The notes beneath the pieces are model-generated. The model saw only the letters and a list, made by a program, of their open reading frames with translations. It did not search any database and was not told where the DNA came from. Source: Lama glama (taxonomy: Eukaryota). From it: a stretch of 64,000 nt of DNA. Location: NCBI GenBank assembly GCA_028534125.1, contig CM052816.1, positions 26,290,001 to 26,354,000 of the forward strand, read 5' to 3'. The position numbers and the translations under genes are program-made. Each line of letters begins with the position of its first letter. Within the stretch, counting starts at the first letter, position 1. Shown here one piece after another: positions 11,531-24,514 of this stretch.

Positions 11531-12554
11531 ATTATATCAGTAAAACCAGTCATGACTATGCTTGGACAATAAAAATATATTTTGAGTCAAGAATGATATA
11601 ATTACCTAGTTTTTGCACTTGAATTTGAAAAAAAAACTGTAAAATGGTTAGGATGTAATTTAAAGTGCTAACTGGGATTCTATACCTTGCCACTTTCCAA
11701 GCTAAGTATTTATCCAAAATATAAAGTATTTTAGACCAGCATTCAGAATTGTATCCCCCTTTCCTACCCTCATTATCCTTTCCATCTTCTGACAAAAGAC
11801 CAAAAAAAAAAAAAAGCAATATAATCTGAACTTGAGGGAATTCAGGCAAAACCGTGTTGATTCTTTTGATTGTGTCTGAAAGTATCTCTGTGAACCTGAG
11901 TTAATGATGACCTAAGGTAAAATTGTCTGCACTTGTGAACTCTTTCAGATATGTATCTCAGAGCAGCCAGAATACTACCATTTTAACATCTGTCATTTCA
12001 ATCAAGTGCAAGGGTAGGTTACATCATGTGGTTTCGTAACCATCACTAAACAATGTCACTTCTTTAGCCAGTAAAGACTTAGTGGCATTTTATCAATAAG
12101 GACATAGATAATTTAGCTATGAGGTATTAATAAATACTTCACCTAACAATAATATTAATTAAAGAAAGCAGTCCATCTTTTAAAAGTAATAAGTTACTCT
12201 AAATGTTCTCAGCTTGGCTTCAAGAGAAAGTTGTATGCATATGATTGGAAATGCAGCTTGGAAGTTTTCAAGTTTCTGGCTTCCCTTTATGTCACACAGA
12301 ACTGCAGTATCTTCCATGTAATACTCTTATGGCCTTTAAAATCAATAGCAAATGTCATCATCAAGACAGCAGATTTAAAAACAGTGAATAGTGGCTACAA
12401 GCATGAACTTTACAGCCCACCTGATCGAGTTCAAATCCTATGTTAGCTTCCAAAGTATAACTAAAACCAGAAATAAAAGGTTGGGGAAGTGCCACTATTT
12501 CTAGACACACCAATGAAGCAATGATGACATGGGCTATAGGAAAGAACCTCATGT

Positions 12555-13090
12555 TCATTGAATACCTACCATGTACCAGCTGTTAGGTTAGGTCGTTTAC
12601 ATTGTCTTATATAATCCTCATCACCATCCTGTAAAATAACAGGTATTATACTCAACTTACAGATTAAAAAAAAAAAAAAAGAAAACTAGAGAGCTTGTGA
12701 CTTCCTAGGATCACATAGTGACTTAAGGGTGGTATTGGAATGTTATGACCCTAAATAACCAGAATATTAAATCAAGCCTCAGTCTTTGTTTTTAAAATTT
12801 TTTTCAATGACATTGTTATTATCATAAGTAAATACTATAACTGAGTGGTATTTTAGAACCTCATCTCTGGAATCAGAAAAGGAGCTCTGTATTTGAACTG
12901 TGGAGCCTACTGGCAGTGTGAATACGGGCAAGTGACCTATTTTTCTGAGTTTTAAATAAGGCTATCTCACTTTTAAATAAGACTACCAAGCCTAATTTAC
13001 AGGGCTGTTGTGAGCATGAAATGAGAGAATGCATGTAAAGTTATCAGCATAGAATTTCATGTAAAAATAATGCAGAGTGCATAATAACTA
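12555..13090. mobile_element. Two MIR fragments in opposite orientation
   Basis: cattgaatacctaccatgtacc...ataatcctcatcaccatcctgt (minus strand) and gtgtgaatacgggcaagtgacct...cagggctgttgtgagcatgaaatgaga (plus strand). Confidence 0.7.
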
Positions 13091-13394
13091 GCAGTTTTCA
13101 TTATCACCACTATTATTTCTGTAACTTCATCTCTTTAACAGGCATCTGCAGAAACGCTTATACATGCATGTGTACATGTACGCACACATACACACAAATA
13201 CCCTCTTCTGTTAAGATGGAAAACTCGTATCGTAGACACAAAGTAATTAAACAATACAATTTTGAGCTCTTGGTAGGAGAGGATGTATGATGGTGGATGA
13301 CAGTGGAACTGACAAAGCATTAATGACTATTATACACTGGAACCTTTTTCAGTTCTGTAAGCTTAAAAGTTGCTCTTACCAAAATCTGTGGCTG

Positions 13395-13640
13395 GAACTG
13401 TTTTAGACTAATTTTAGATTTATGGAAAAGTAGCAAAGAGAGTTTGAAGATTTATTTCCCTTAGACTCTTCACCTAGATTCCCCTAGTGTTAGCATCTAT
13501 TTAAGCATGGTATATTTGTCAAAACTAAGAAAGTAACATTGGTACAAAACAGTAACTAAACTACAGATTTCATTCTGATTTTACCAGTTTTTCCATTGAT
13601 GTCCTTTTTCTGTTCCTCGATCCACATTGCATTTAGTGTG
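13395..13640 (-). mobile_element. L1MC4-like 3' end fragment
   Basis: ttttagatttatggaaaagt...tttgtcaaaactaagaaa...actaaactacagattt...gatccacattgcatttag. Confidence 0.7.
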
Positions 13641-13929
13641 ATTGATTTTGAATCAGTCTTTTTCTCCTATCTTGTGCTTCCTCCTCCAAAAAACTTCCTG
13701 ACTTTTCAGAACAGAGAACATCCAGTACAGAGAGATACAACAATACACTCAGATTGAAGAGGTCCTTCCAAAGAAACAGGACAAATTTTTAGAGTGTCTC
13801 TTTATTGCAGCTGTTGTATAGATATTTGCAATGATATGTTAGAAATAAGGCTAGCTTGGGCTAAAGAAATGCGCTTTGAAATGTGAGAGGTAGGAGGAAA
13901 ATAATATAAAAGCTGAGTAATACTATCTA

Positions 13930-14090
13930 TTATTTGTAAAACTTATTTAAACATGTTTATAAATAAATACAGAATATTTAAATATTATATTTAAATACTT
14001 AATTTATAAATAATTAATGACAAATATAATTAATAATTAATATTAAAATAAAAATAAAGTATATAGTTCAGTTAGTAGTATTATATCACT
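13930..14090. repeat. AT-rich low-complexity tract
   Basis: Almost pure A/T. Confidence 0.8.
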
Positions 14091-15269
14091 GTTAACTTTA
14101 TAGTTTTTAACAAAAATATACCATAGTTATATAGATGTTATATATGTAAGAAAAAGATTTTACAGATGTAGGAAAAATAGGAAACGCAAATGGTTATATA
14201 GGCAAGTTATGGTTACAGTCAAGTCACTGAATGTTTGTCTTTCACTTAAAATCTCTCATGGCATGGAAACTGAAGGAACGCTTCTCAACACTTTCTATGA
14301 GGTTAATGTTACATGCAAACTCACTAGGACAATCTCACTTGTGAACAAGGGTGTAAATATATAAATAACTTATTAGCAAGTGGAAATATGAATCACACTG
14401 TAACCAAATAAAGTGTATCTCTGCACTGTTAGGGTGGTTTAACATCAGGAAATCCATAGGTGCAATTCATCAATTAATAGATTAAATAGATTAACAGAGA
14501 AAATCCATATGATCAACTAAATACATGCCTAAGAACTCCACTTAGTAAAATTTAGCTTTAATTTTTTAATTAAAAAAGATCTACTAAAGATAAAAACAAA
14601 CACATTTCCTAAAACTGACAACAGCTATCTACCAGAAACCTATAGTAAAGAAAGTATTTGATGGTAAATTACTAAAAGCTTTCCCACTAGTCAAGACATA
14701 TACAAAAATGTTTACTGTCACCACTTTTCTTCAACACTGTACTCGAGGTCCTAGCTAATGTAATAAGAAGCAAGTGCAGAGATAGTGATATTGGAAGAGA
14801 ATAAACTTTCAATATTTGCAGACATTTATTTTGGATCTAGAAAATCCAAGTATTTGAAAAAAGTTTTTAGAAATAGGGGGAGACATCTGTAAGTTGCTGC
14901 ATATAAGATGCATATACAAAAAAAACACAGTTTTCCTATGTATCAGAAATAATCAGTTAAGAATTGTGATGAAAAAAGAGCCCATTTGTAGTGAACAGTA
15001 ACAGCAACAACAACAAATCCCACAAAATATCTAAAAATAATACTAGGAGGAAAAGTATAATATACATAAGGAAAATTAGGATGCTTTACCAAAGGATCTA
15101 AAAGAAAACCTGACAAATTGAAACTTTTAGTTCTTAAAATACTCCTTCCCATAAAATTCTATATATTTAATGTAGTCCTTATCAAGTTCCAACAATTTTT
15201 ACAATGGATTTTGACAAGTTGATAAGTTTGTATGTTAGAGAAAACATATACAATTAGTTAATGATACAG

Positions 15270-15575
15270 TTTTTGAGATATAGTTGACATATAACAGTAT
15301 TATTTCAGGTGTATACCGTAATAATTCAATATTGTATATATTGCAAAATGATCATCACAGTAAGTCTAGTTAACATCTGTCACCATACATAGTACAAATT
15401 TCTTTCTTTCTATCAGAATTTTAAAGATCTACCCTCTTACCAGCTTTCAGATGTACAGTACAGTATTATTAACTGTAGTCATCATGCTGTACATTACATC
15501 CCCATGACACTTATTTTACAACTAGAGTTTTATGCCTTTTGACCACACTAGCCCATTTCAACCACCCCCCAACCT
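15270..15575 (-). mobile_element. L1MA-like 3' end nested in the older L1
   Basis: ttttgagatatagttgacatataac...tttcaggtgtatac...agtattattaactgtagtcatcatgctgtacattacatcccc. Confidence 0.8.
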
Positions 15576-16011
15576 CTATAGTCAATGATATTTTGAAAAA
15601 TGAATTAAAAAAAAGGAGGAATTATCCTCCTATTAAAAACCATGCTTTAAAATCAGAGCCGTTACAATAGTGTGATCTTGGTACATGAATAAGTATGTAG
15701 ACCATAAACAGAATAAACAGCCTGGAAGCAGACTATGTGTATGGGAGTAATTTATGATAAATGTAGCATTTCAAATCAAGGTGGGCAAGATAAAGTATTC
15801 AATAAGTAATTAGTGACAAATTGATAATAAAATTAGACCTTTAGTTAACACCTTATACAAACAAATATCTGGTGAGTAGAAGAGCAAAGCATGAGAAAAT
15901 AAATGTAAGAGTATCTAGGATAGTTTAAAAAATCATGAGATGACAAAAAGACTTTCTAAATAAGATAGAGAACCAGAAAATATAGATTTGACCTGATACA
16001 AATTTAAAATT

Positions 16012-16103
16012 TCTTTTTTTTAACATTTTTTATTGATTTATAATCATTTTACAATGTTGTGTCAAATTCCAGTGTTCAGCACAATTTTTCAGTCATTCAT
16101 GGA
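16012..16103 (-). mobile_element. Short lineage-specific L1 3' end
   Basis: Poly-T followed by tttattgatttataatcattttacaatgttgtgtcaaattccagtgttcagcac. Confidence 0.75.
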
Positions 16104-18621
16104 TCTTTACTACAAGAAATACCAACTTAAAAGGCAAATGAGAGGTTGAGAGGGAAATAATTCTAACATATTTAACAGACAGTGGATTAATTGGTGGAAT
16201 ATATACAGAACTTCAAAAATACCAATTCAAAAAAGACAAACTTTAAAAAAAAAATGGTCAGAGGATTCAAAGTGCAATTTGGAGAAGAAATACAAAGAAA
16301 TGACAAACCTATAAGATAATTTCTCAGTGACACCAGTTATCACTGAAATGCAAAATTAAAGCAGTAATGAGTTCATGACCCCCGTCATTCGATTGGTAGT
16401 CTCATGAGCTGATAAGAATGTGAGACAACAGACAGGTCTACAACACCATTGATACAATAAGCAGAAATAAGCAGAGCCATTTTGGGAGAAAGTATCAGTG
16501 CCTATCACTAGTTAGGGACTGTGACTCAGAAATTCTCCTTCTGTTAATCTCTTCTATGAGAAACCATGCACTATGAATGTATCCACAAAGCTATTTGGAT
16601 GACATCATTTGTGTATTCAAAAGCATCACTGGCATTGACAAAGAATTATAAAAAATATATCAATAGATTAAACATATTCTAATGTTTCTATATTTGAAAT
16701 AATAGTTCGTCATTAAAATAATTAGATCTTTGTGTGCAGATATGAAAGGATACCTAAGACATTAAAATCTAATTGACAAAATGTCTGCAGTACGATTCCA
16801 TTTAAGTTAAAACAAAACAAAACAAAACCCAGTACTTTTGTACAAAAGAGACTTCTAAAAAGTGCCAGTTGCAAGCAGTAGGTCGATAGGGAGAGGTGTG
16901 AAGGGGACCATCATGTTCAAAACTCTCATGGTGAGAGAATATTTCTGTAATTTATGACTTATATAACTGCTAAATGTTCTCCACAAAGCTCTTTACTGCA
17001 AAACTAGCATAAAGGACATTTTCCCCTTAACCTTGAGAGTCAAGCTAAGACTGACAGCAGGGTGGTGGAGGGAGGGAGGAAGAAGGATCTCTGTCTTTCT
17101 GACTGGTCCCTCAGTGCTGAAATGATGGATTTGTGTCATTATTCATCTGTAACTTTCTTTTGCTTTATTGGCTACAAAGTAAAGAAAAAAATTCTGCCCA
17201 ATTTAGTTATAGAGACGTATACACGAGAAGATCAGGCAAAGATATCTGTACTAATGAGTTTTAAGCAGGAATTTTTTGGGTGTTCCAAAGTTTTCCTCAG
17301 TGCAGAGATATCAGTTATCTTCTAGCAAGGGCTGGTTACTTAGGCATATTTTTCTCAAGAATGGTGATCATGTTCTACTGTCTGATCTGTTTCCACCTGT
17401 CTCACTTTTACCTCGTGGTGCTGATGGTTTCCAAAAGTCTCTGGAATAGTAGATTTTTAATAAATGCAGATCAAATGTCTTATGCAGCTCTGTATCTGCA
17501 GTGTCTGGTAGGTGACAATAAATATTTGCAGAATACATGTTAATAAAAAACTGTATGAGGAGAGGTGGGAAATAGAACCTTAAAAACTTTACTTGTGGAA
17601 TACAATTATACAAATACATATATTGATTCGTATATAACTATGGAAATATTAGTTTACTAAATTAGGTGAACTGTATACAGTTTGTTCCTGTATATTTATT
17701 GTCTTTAAAAAATGTGTTAAAGAACTCTTCCAGGTAGTATTAAAGATAGTGCTCTGGCTCAGGTGTATCAAAGGGAGAAGGAAATTCTCACACCCAGAGT
17801 AGACTGTATGAATAGTTCTCCTTGCAGCCAGGAATTAATACACCTTGCAGCTCATCTCAGATTGTTTGCGGTAGGCTTGATAGATTTCACATTTTAACGA
17901 TACGAATGTCTCTCAGATGAATGTAATATGCCAGATATTTTCTCTTTTCCTTTACTCATTTGAAAAATTTTAATGACAGTATTTCCATTTCCCTTTCCTA
18001 AATCAGCACTAGCGAAAGGAAATATGGGCAAAGCAAACAAATATGACTTCTTACAATTTTAACTTAAGGTGGCTGTGGAACCACTTAGACGGAGGAGTGG
18101 ATTTGATTGTATTCCTTATCTGTTCTGGTTTTAACATTGTATGACCATGTGACTACTTCAGCTGATGGATGGTGCAGTCAGCTAGGCGAATATTGCTTAT
18201 TAGATTAAAATCTACATAAAATGCTTCGTTTTTATCAGGTATTTTTGCTTCCAAGGAACCATTCTCAGGTGTTCATTCTAGTGGTGGGCCAGTAGAGGAA
18301 CAGTTGTCTAACCAGACTCCAACTTGAAACCCCTGAACTGTTTTCTCATTGGAGATGCAGCTCTTTGCAGTGGATAGACCAGACCTCTGTCATCTGGGGG
18401 CTCTGGATTCTAATTCAGTGTTAACTTCTTACTAGGTATGTGGCTTCTAAGCTTCAATCTTACGTCCTATAAAATGGAGATAGTAACATGTGTCTCATAG
18501 GGTTACTATGAGCATTTACATAACCTCAAGAAGTTTTGAAGATCCTTAGACTGTAAGTGTGAATTTTAAGATTTGTGCTCTTGTTCTCAGCACTGCTTGG
18601 GCTGCAAGAACACACAATGGC

Positions 18622-18665
18622 ACACAACATAGTAAATCAACTATACTTCGTTAAAACACACACAC
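18622..18665 (+). mobile_element. Ultra-short (44 nt) L1 3'-tip insertion with TSD
   Basis: acacaacatagtaaatcaactatacttc is the L1 terminus. Flanked by aacacacaatggc (18609-18621) / aacacacaatagc (18666-18678). Confidence 0.7.
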
Positions 18666-19003
18666 AACACACAATAGCCAAACAACCCTACAGTAGACCC
18701 AAACCAAGCCCATCTCACCAACAGAGTCATGGAAAGGGTCAACCTGAACTATTTGCAACGTTAATTTATCTTGGTACCCACCAGCCCATAAACAAACCTG
18801 TTTATCTCTGCAATATTAAGATTCATCTGAAAATGTTAATGGTCTATCAGCAACAGGTTTTATTTCTGAGAAGCTTTGTAAACACCTATTACTGTAGCCC
18901 AGTGAAAAAAATCTAGGATGCTTTGAGAGGTTTTATCAAGGATCAGAATCCAGGTGTTTACTTGGTCTAAACAGTTCTAGCATTTTCTTGTCTTTTTTTT
19001 TAG

Positions 19004-19072
19004 GTCATCCCTGAAAATTACCTGTCAAGTTGTTCTGGTTCATCTGGATGGATTTTTAAAATATGCCTCAAG
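19004..19072 (+). other. GNG12: Internal spliced exon, probably non-coding 5'UTR exon 2 of G protein subunit gamma 12
   Basis: Strong acceptor (ttttcttgtctttttttttag, AG at 19002-19003) and consensus donor AAG|GTAAGT (19073-19078). The body tcatccctgaaaattacctgtcaagttgttctggttcatctggat...cctcaag resembles the human GNG12 5'UTR as I recall it. An isolated exon between very long introns fits GNG12 structure. Gene name is from memory only. Confidence 0.68.
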
Positions 19073-21899
19073 GTAAGTCTTAACTTAAATCTAAGATGAT
19101 GGCTTTTTCTTATTTCAGAAGTCATGTAGATGGGTAGCAGAGAAAATTCATTATTTAAAATAAGTATTTAATTGAGACAATTGAAATGGTCATTGGTCCT
19201 AATTATTGCTTCAGTTGCACTGATTTTTAAGAACACTTACTGAACTTTAATAATTACTATATATAGGGCTATTCCTTAGTTTAGTAAAATATAAGCAATA
19301 AGTATATAATTACATTTCTGTCAACTTATAACAGTTGTATCATTTTAGGCATGTTTCATTTAACAAGATAAAGTCAAATTAATGTAATGAAGCAATATTT
19401 TTAATATTGACAATAAATATTCACTGGTATTATAGTATTAAGAAGATCTGGATTACATATGTAATGATTACATAATTTGGGATTTACTACAAAGTAATGA
19501 GACTCACCTTTTTAATGATAAATGAAATCAAGAATGTTTAAATTTGTTGGATGTTGCCTACAGCTGGTCTAGTCTTAGCATAATCCTTTAGGAGTCTGTT
19601 CTCACAATCAAGCCCTTAAAAATGCACAGTACCTTTCCACCTTTGACTCATAAACCCATGTAACTCTAATAACTGCTAATCCTTGCATAGAAATACAGAA
19701 TATACAAAACTTCTTAATTAAAATCTTGCCATGTAGACTTTAATCAATACATAACATTAGGCATAATGGGTATAGCACAGCCCAAAGAAATACCTTCAGT
19801 AAAATATATCATCCTCTAGTAATTCAGAAGTATTTTTATGCTGCTCTTACGAAATTTGGCTTTGTTTATTTACACATGTCTGTATGTTGCATACAGAATA
19901 ACGTATTTACTGTAACATTTGTTTCCTCAACCTCTTTTAACTGGGAGGTCATTTAGGGATTCATACTTCTCAGCTTGGCAACTATGTGGTTTCTAGAATA
20001 GTGTCTTCCTAATAGTTAGTGTTCCATAAATAGATTGAATAAATGATTCAAAGTATTTAAAAGATGGAGCTGCACAGGTGATTGTCAAAGCAGAGCTAAG
20101 CACGGGCTGTTTTTTAATCAGTGCTCACATTTTAGGGAGGTTTCATTTTTATTCCTTTAACATCATAATTATATCTGAGGCAAATCAGAAGACATTCTTT
20201 TGAATGGCAGCTCTCATTCATTTCCAGCTCTGTGTTTGTGTGTGTGCGCGCACGCTCGTGCTGTGCTGTTTCTGTGCACACATACAAAATCCAGCAGCTT
20301 TGTGGGGTCCTGCTGATGAGGACTCTGAACACAGCAGAAATGTTGTTTTTGTAAATCAGAAACTGGAGAGTGATTTATTTGGAATTCACACCTTGTTATG
20401 ATTCTTTTCCTCAAATGTCTAAGGCATTACGTTATGTAAGATGCTGCTTCCTCCATTGGTTGTCAGACACTCTCATGAGACCAAACTCTGTGATGATTAC
20501 TTGTGAGAAAGTTTCTCAAAAGTAGAGGAACGTGTGTATAATAGAGAGTGGGGAGAGGGTAGAGAGGAAGAGAACTTACCGAGTAGGTAGATAGATCTTC
20601 AAGTTAAATGAAAGACTCTTCATTAGTGCAAAAATACAGAATTAGGTATCACCTCTCAGTGGCATACACACTTTACTGATACTGTGGGTGCGTTTCTGAC
20701 GAGAAGAAACACAATCTGACGCAAGGTTGACTTAGGTCAAGATCTTGACTAAGCTGAGTTGAAAAAGTTTTTCTGTTTTCTTATTGTGTAAATCTTACCA
20801 GCATTTTGTAATTGACCATTCATTTCAGGCACAGAGCCTCAATGTGCACATGTTTTCATGTTATCTGCTCAGTAGGAAGGTGATTACCATAAAACTGAAG
20901 AAGCAGCAAATAGAGTGATTATCAAATATATCACGTTCTTTGAAAGAATAATAATACACACGTTGAAAGTCACCCAGAAGGAGAGGATGGGGTAAAGTGC
21001 TCGTCTTGGTGGACAGATTAGATTATTTGCTGAAGAGTGAAAATGGCAGTTGAGGCTGTTAATGCAGTGTATTCACACCCTCTTCACAAACAACATGTCA
21101 GTGTTGTTATTAAATATCTGCTCACCTCTATTTTGCCAGCTTTTTATCTGGTTGTATATAATCCAGTTTGTTTGTTTTTACCACTGAAAACAACATAGCG
21201 TTTAGAAAAAAGCCGTTAAAAAAGAAAAAGCTGCCAGCAACCCTAAATTAGGTAGAACATTGTCCCGTGTTTGTTTCTTTGGAATGATATCAAGACCCCA
21301 AAATAGGATGAGCCCCCTTAATGCACAAAATAAACAGCGATGGAAACCTTTTCCTAATAAAAGCTGTGGTTCAGCTACACTTGCAGAAACCAAATAAACA
21401 ATCTCAAATTGACACTCAGAAATGTGTATAAATTATTCAGAATGAAATGTTCAAGTAATATTAACCTAAAGGTATAGTCATCAATTTTGTCCTGACGGAT
21501 GGCATTGGGTAGTTAGTATTCAACTGTTACTGCATAAATAAAATTGATTTATGCTAACGGAAAAGACGGAGAAAAAATTTTATCAGGATGCCCAAATTCT
21601 GTTCCTTCTGGCTTGATCAATCAGCTCTCTGAACTGTGTATCATTTTCTTGCAAAATTCTTAGCCAAGAAATTGGGGTAAGGAGAATGAATAATACATTT
21701 GCTGCAGTGTTAGACTAATGACCCCTTAAGTGCTTTAAAAAACAAACAAACAAACAAAAAAAAAACCTGAGCAGCAGTGACCGCTTTCCTTATGAACAGA
21801 TTCTGGCTCTTTTCTCTCTTGCTCTCACTCTCACTCTCTTACTCTCTCTTTTTCTTAGAAAGAGAATAATTAAGTCTTGAGTTGGCTGACTGTTTTGGA

Positions 21900-22240
21900 G
21901 GTAGACGTGTCGAGAGGGTGAGGAATCAATAAAGCCAATTGATGCATATGTGGTGTTACAGCCATTTGGTTTCCTTTCTTACTTCCGCCCCATCATCTTG
22001 CTACCCACCCCCCCCTTTTCAGTCCCACCTCAGGTTGCAGGGTTCTTGTTTGTGTTAATCATCTTCATATTTCCTTTTCCTGTTTTTATACTGCTATTGT
22101 GTTATCATAAAGACATACATCAAACGGCAACAGGAAAGACAGCTATTTGCAAAAGTAGGAGGACTCTCAGACAGGGCTGCACGGTTAAAATCTGCCTCGC
22201 TGGCCTTTGTGATGCACGAACAATTTTTCTCTCTTCCTAA
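21900..22240. promoter_or_regulatory. Candidate intronic enhancer or alternative promoter
   Basis: No recognisable repeat. CCAAT at 21935-21939 and overlapping ETS/GC-box ACTTCCGCCCC at 21981-21991, with several retained CpGs. Motif-level evidence only. Confidence 0.3.
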
Positions 22241-22510
22241 GAGGGTCCCTAAAGAGACACAATAGTGGCTCAAGTTTCTGTCTCCAAATATCTTTTTCAA
22301 ATTTGCATGAACAGCAGAGGAAAGACAAATGCCTACACATGCTTTAAAAGGAGCTTGTACAAGGATAAGTAAAGAGAAAAGGCAAAATCCTGGCTGAATA
22401 ATGTAGGATTATTTTGAATTAACTTGTTCTAAATGCACTGCAACAACACTTGAGGTAGAAATGGAGTTATTTTTGGATTTATCAAGGAAGAGAAGTCCAG
22501 CCACCATCTT

Positions 22511-22557
22511 GTATGTGTGTGTGTGTGTGTGTGTGTACATGTGTACATGTGCATGTG
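22511..22557. repeat. (TG)n microsatellite with alternating purine-pyrimidine extension
   Basis: Read directly from the sequence. Confidence 0.9.
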
Positions 22558-23229
22558 AGTCAAGAATGTAATTGGTAGACAGCTGCTGAAAATGGAATTG
22601 TTCTCTAACAAAGTAGTCATTTACAAACTAGCGTGGGGTCAGGTAACCTCATTATTCCCTTTGCAGTTCCCATTAGGTCAAAATAGCAGTCCTCTTCCCA
22701 TCACTTTCATCTTAAGAAGCGTGGGCTAGTTTTGCCCTTTAACTTGAGCTTTTCATTCCAGGGAAGGGTTAGACTCTCCATCACCACTGTTTCTTTTTCA
22801 TTTCATTGCCATTCTGTCTTTAGGGGAAATCAGCCTCACATTGTGTTATTCTTATGTTCCTAAGTAATGTTTCTTAAAAAAAAAAAAAAGATGAATCCCT
22901 TTCAATAAAGCGGCCCTGGTTTGATGGAACTACCAAAATGAAAAGAAAAGAAAAAACTTCATTATTTGAAAAAGGCACATGGCATAATAACAGTCAAATC
23001 CCTAAAGTCTGATGGTGAAGTCATTGATGCATTATTCTTCTTAGGCTTCTCTTCTTTCAAATAAAAATGTAAAGGAAATGATTTAAAGCCTAAACGATAT
23101 CACTGGACAGAAGCTAAAAGATATGTCTCTCTTCTCTAATGCTCAAGCTAAGAAAATGTACACCCTAATACATATTTAGGTAACAGATCTCAGTGTCACA
23201 TTTGTCCAAATTGGAAGCACTGGAGAATA

Positions 23230-23260
<31 letters not shown>

Positions 23261-23276
23261 CACACACACACACACA
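23230..23276. repeat. (CA)n microsatellite with one CG interruption
   Basis: Read directly from the sequence. Confidence 0.95.
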
Positions 23277-24295
23277 GTGTCAAATATATTTACACAGCCT
23301 TTAAGACAGACCTACTTGCAAATCTTCCTGGGGTCTACTGCCCTACTTTTTTGCCTGTGCGTAACTGAAAGAAACATATTACTAGATATTAAATTGGAGG
23401 CGTAATAAGACTCTCTAGCTCATAGTAACATAGCAACTGCCACCAGCCTTTCTTCAGAGTTACATAAATGTCTTTCAAACACCTTTTTCCCTCTGCCACT
23501 TTTTCATTTCACCTACCATTATGGTCTAATGATTTTATTATAAGGACAAGTCTTTCTGCAGAGGTTAAATGGATCCAATTTACATATAATGATATCACAG
23601 TAGAGGGGAGTGGAGGAGGGAAGTATTTGGACAGAAGTGGCTGCCACTAGTAATTGATTTCCTAAAAACCCTCTCCAAAATTACAAGCAATAAAAAGCTC
23701 CTTTGCTAAAGTTATTGCTGACCAAAAATCTAATTTATTTACTTATATAAACAAGTAAAGTATTATCCCATTTGGGAAATAATTTTCCATCATAATACAT
23801 CATCAAAGGTTGGTTATATTTTGATTTCCAAACATCAAACCCAAAGTTCTTTCGGGATAAGATATATCTCAACTCAATAAAGCTAGCAGTTTTTAGTTGC
23901 CAGTTACAGCTGATTGTGGGAGAGCGATGCACTACAGGGGAGGAAAACCCTAAACATCTGACGTACCTCAGCATTTGTAAGCTCTGTTTTGACGTTGCAG
24001 TCACCAGGGATGAGGTTGTTCTCTGCATCTTCTGTGATCATGGAAGGAATGGCTTGTTTACTCCAGGGTTTTAAAATTCAGTTAAAAGAACACATAAAGA
24101 AATATAAATCAACAAAATCCCAAGGGAAGGCTGAATATCTTTTATTTTTGTCATTGTTATTGTTACTATTAGGATGAGTCCTAAATGAGGATCTTGTGTA
24201 GTGGTGACTTGGAAGAGCGTTCAGTGTTGTTAGAGAATAAAATTTTAGCCCCCAACTTGTAAGAATAAAGTGTACTTGCCACTTTCACACAGGAG

Positions 24296-24514
24296 TTTTT
24301 TAAAAATACACTTTTTGAAATATGCTTGATATATATTATAACATGTGGTAAATTTAATGTGTACGGCATGTTCGTTTGATACATATTTATTATAATATGA
24401 TGGCTGCCATGAGAAAGAAGGACATCTTGCCACTTGTGATGACACGGTTGGACCTTGAGCACATTATGCTGAGTGAAGTCAGTCAGAAAGAGAAAGCAGT
24501 GCTGTGTGAGCTCA
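24296..24514 (-). mobile_element. L1 (L1MA-like) fragment with an inverted 5' segment
   Basis: Antisense 3' tip (ttttgaaatatgcttgatatat...aatttaatgtgtac) joined to a sense piece gccatgagaaagaaggacatcttgcc...gaccttgagcacattatgctgagtgaagtcagtcag. Confidence 0.65.

Larger units (their letters stand above)
14270..16900 (+). mobile_element. Ancient L1 ORF2 and 3'UTR, highly decayed, with nested younger L1 3' ends
   Basis: A-rich + strand with ORF2 motifs in order: gggtggtttaacatcagg, ttcttcaacactgtactcgaggtcctagctaatg, atatttgcagac, acaatagtgtgatcttgg, gaaatgcaaaattaaagc. Confidence 0.8.

Noticed and set aside
20290..20360. Hammerhead ribozyme or C/D snoRNA (CTGATGA at 20313, CTGA at 20325, GAAA at 20337)
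   Set aside because: The sequence between CTGATGA and GAAA cannot form stem II, no stem III or cleavage triplet is evident, and the C and D boxes are only 5 nt apart.
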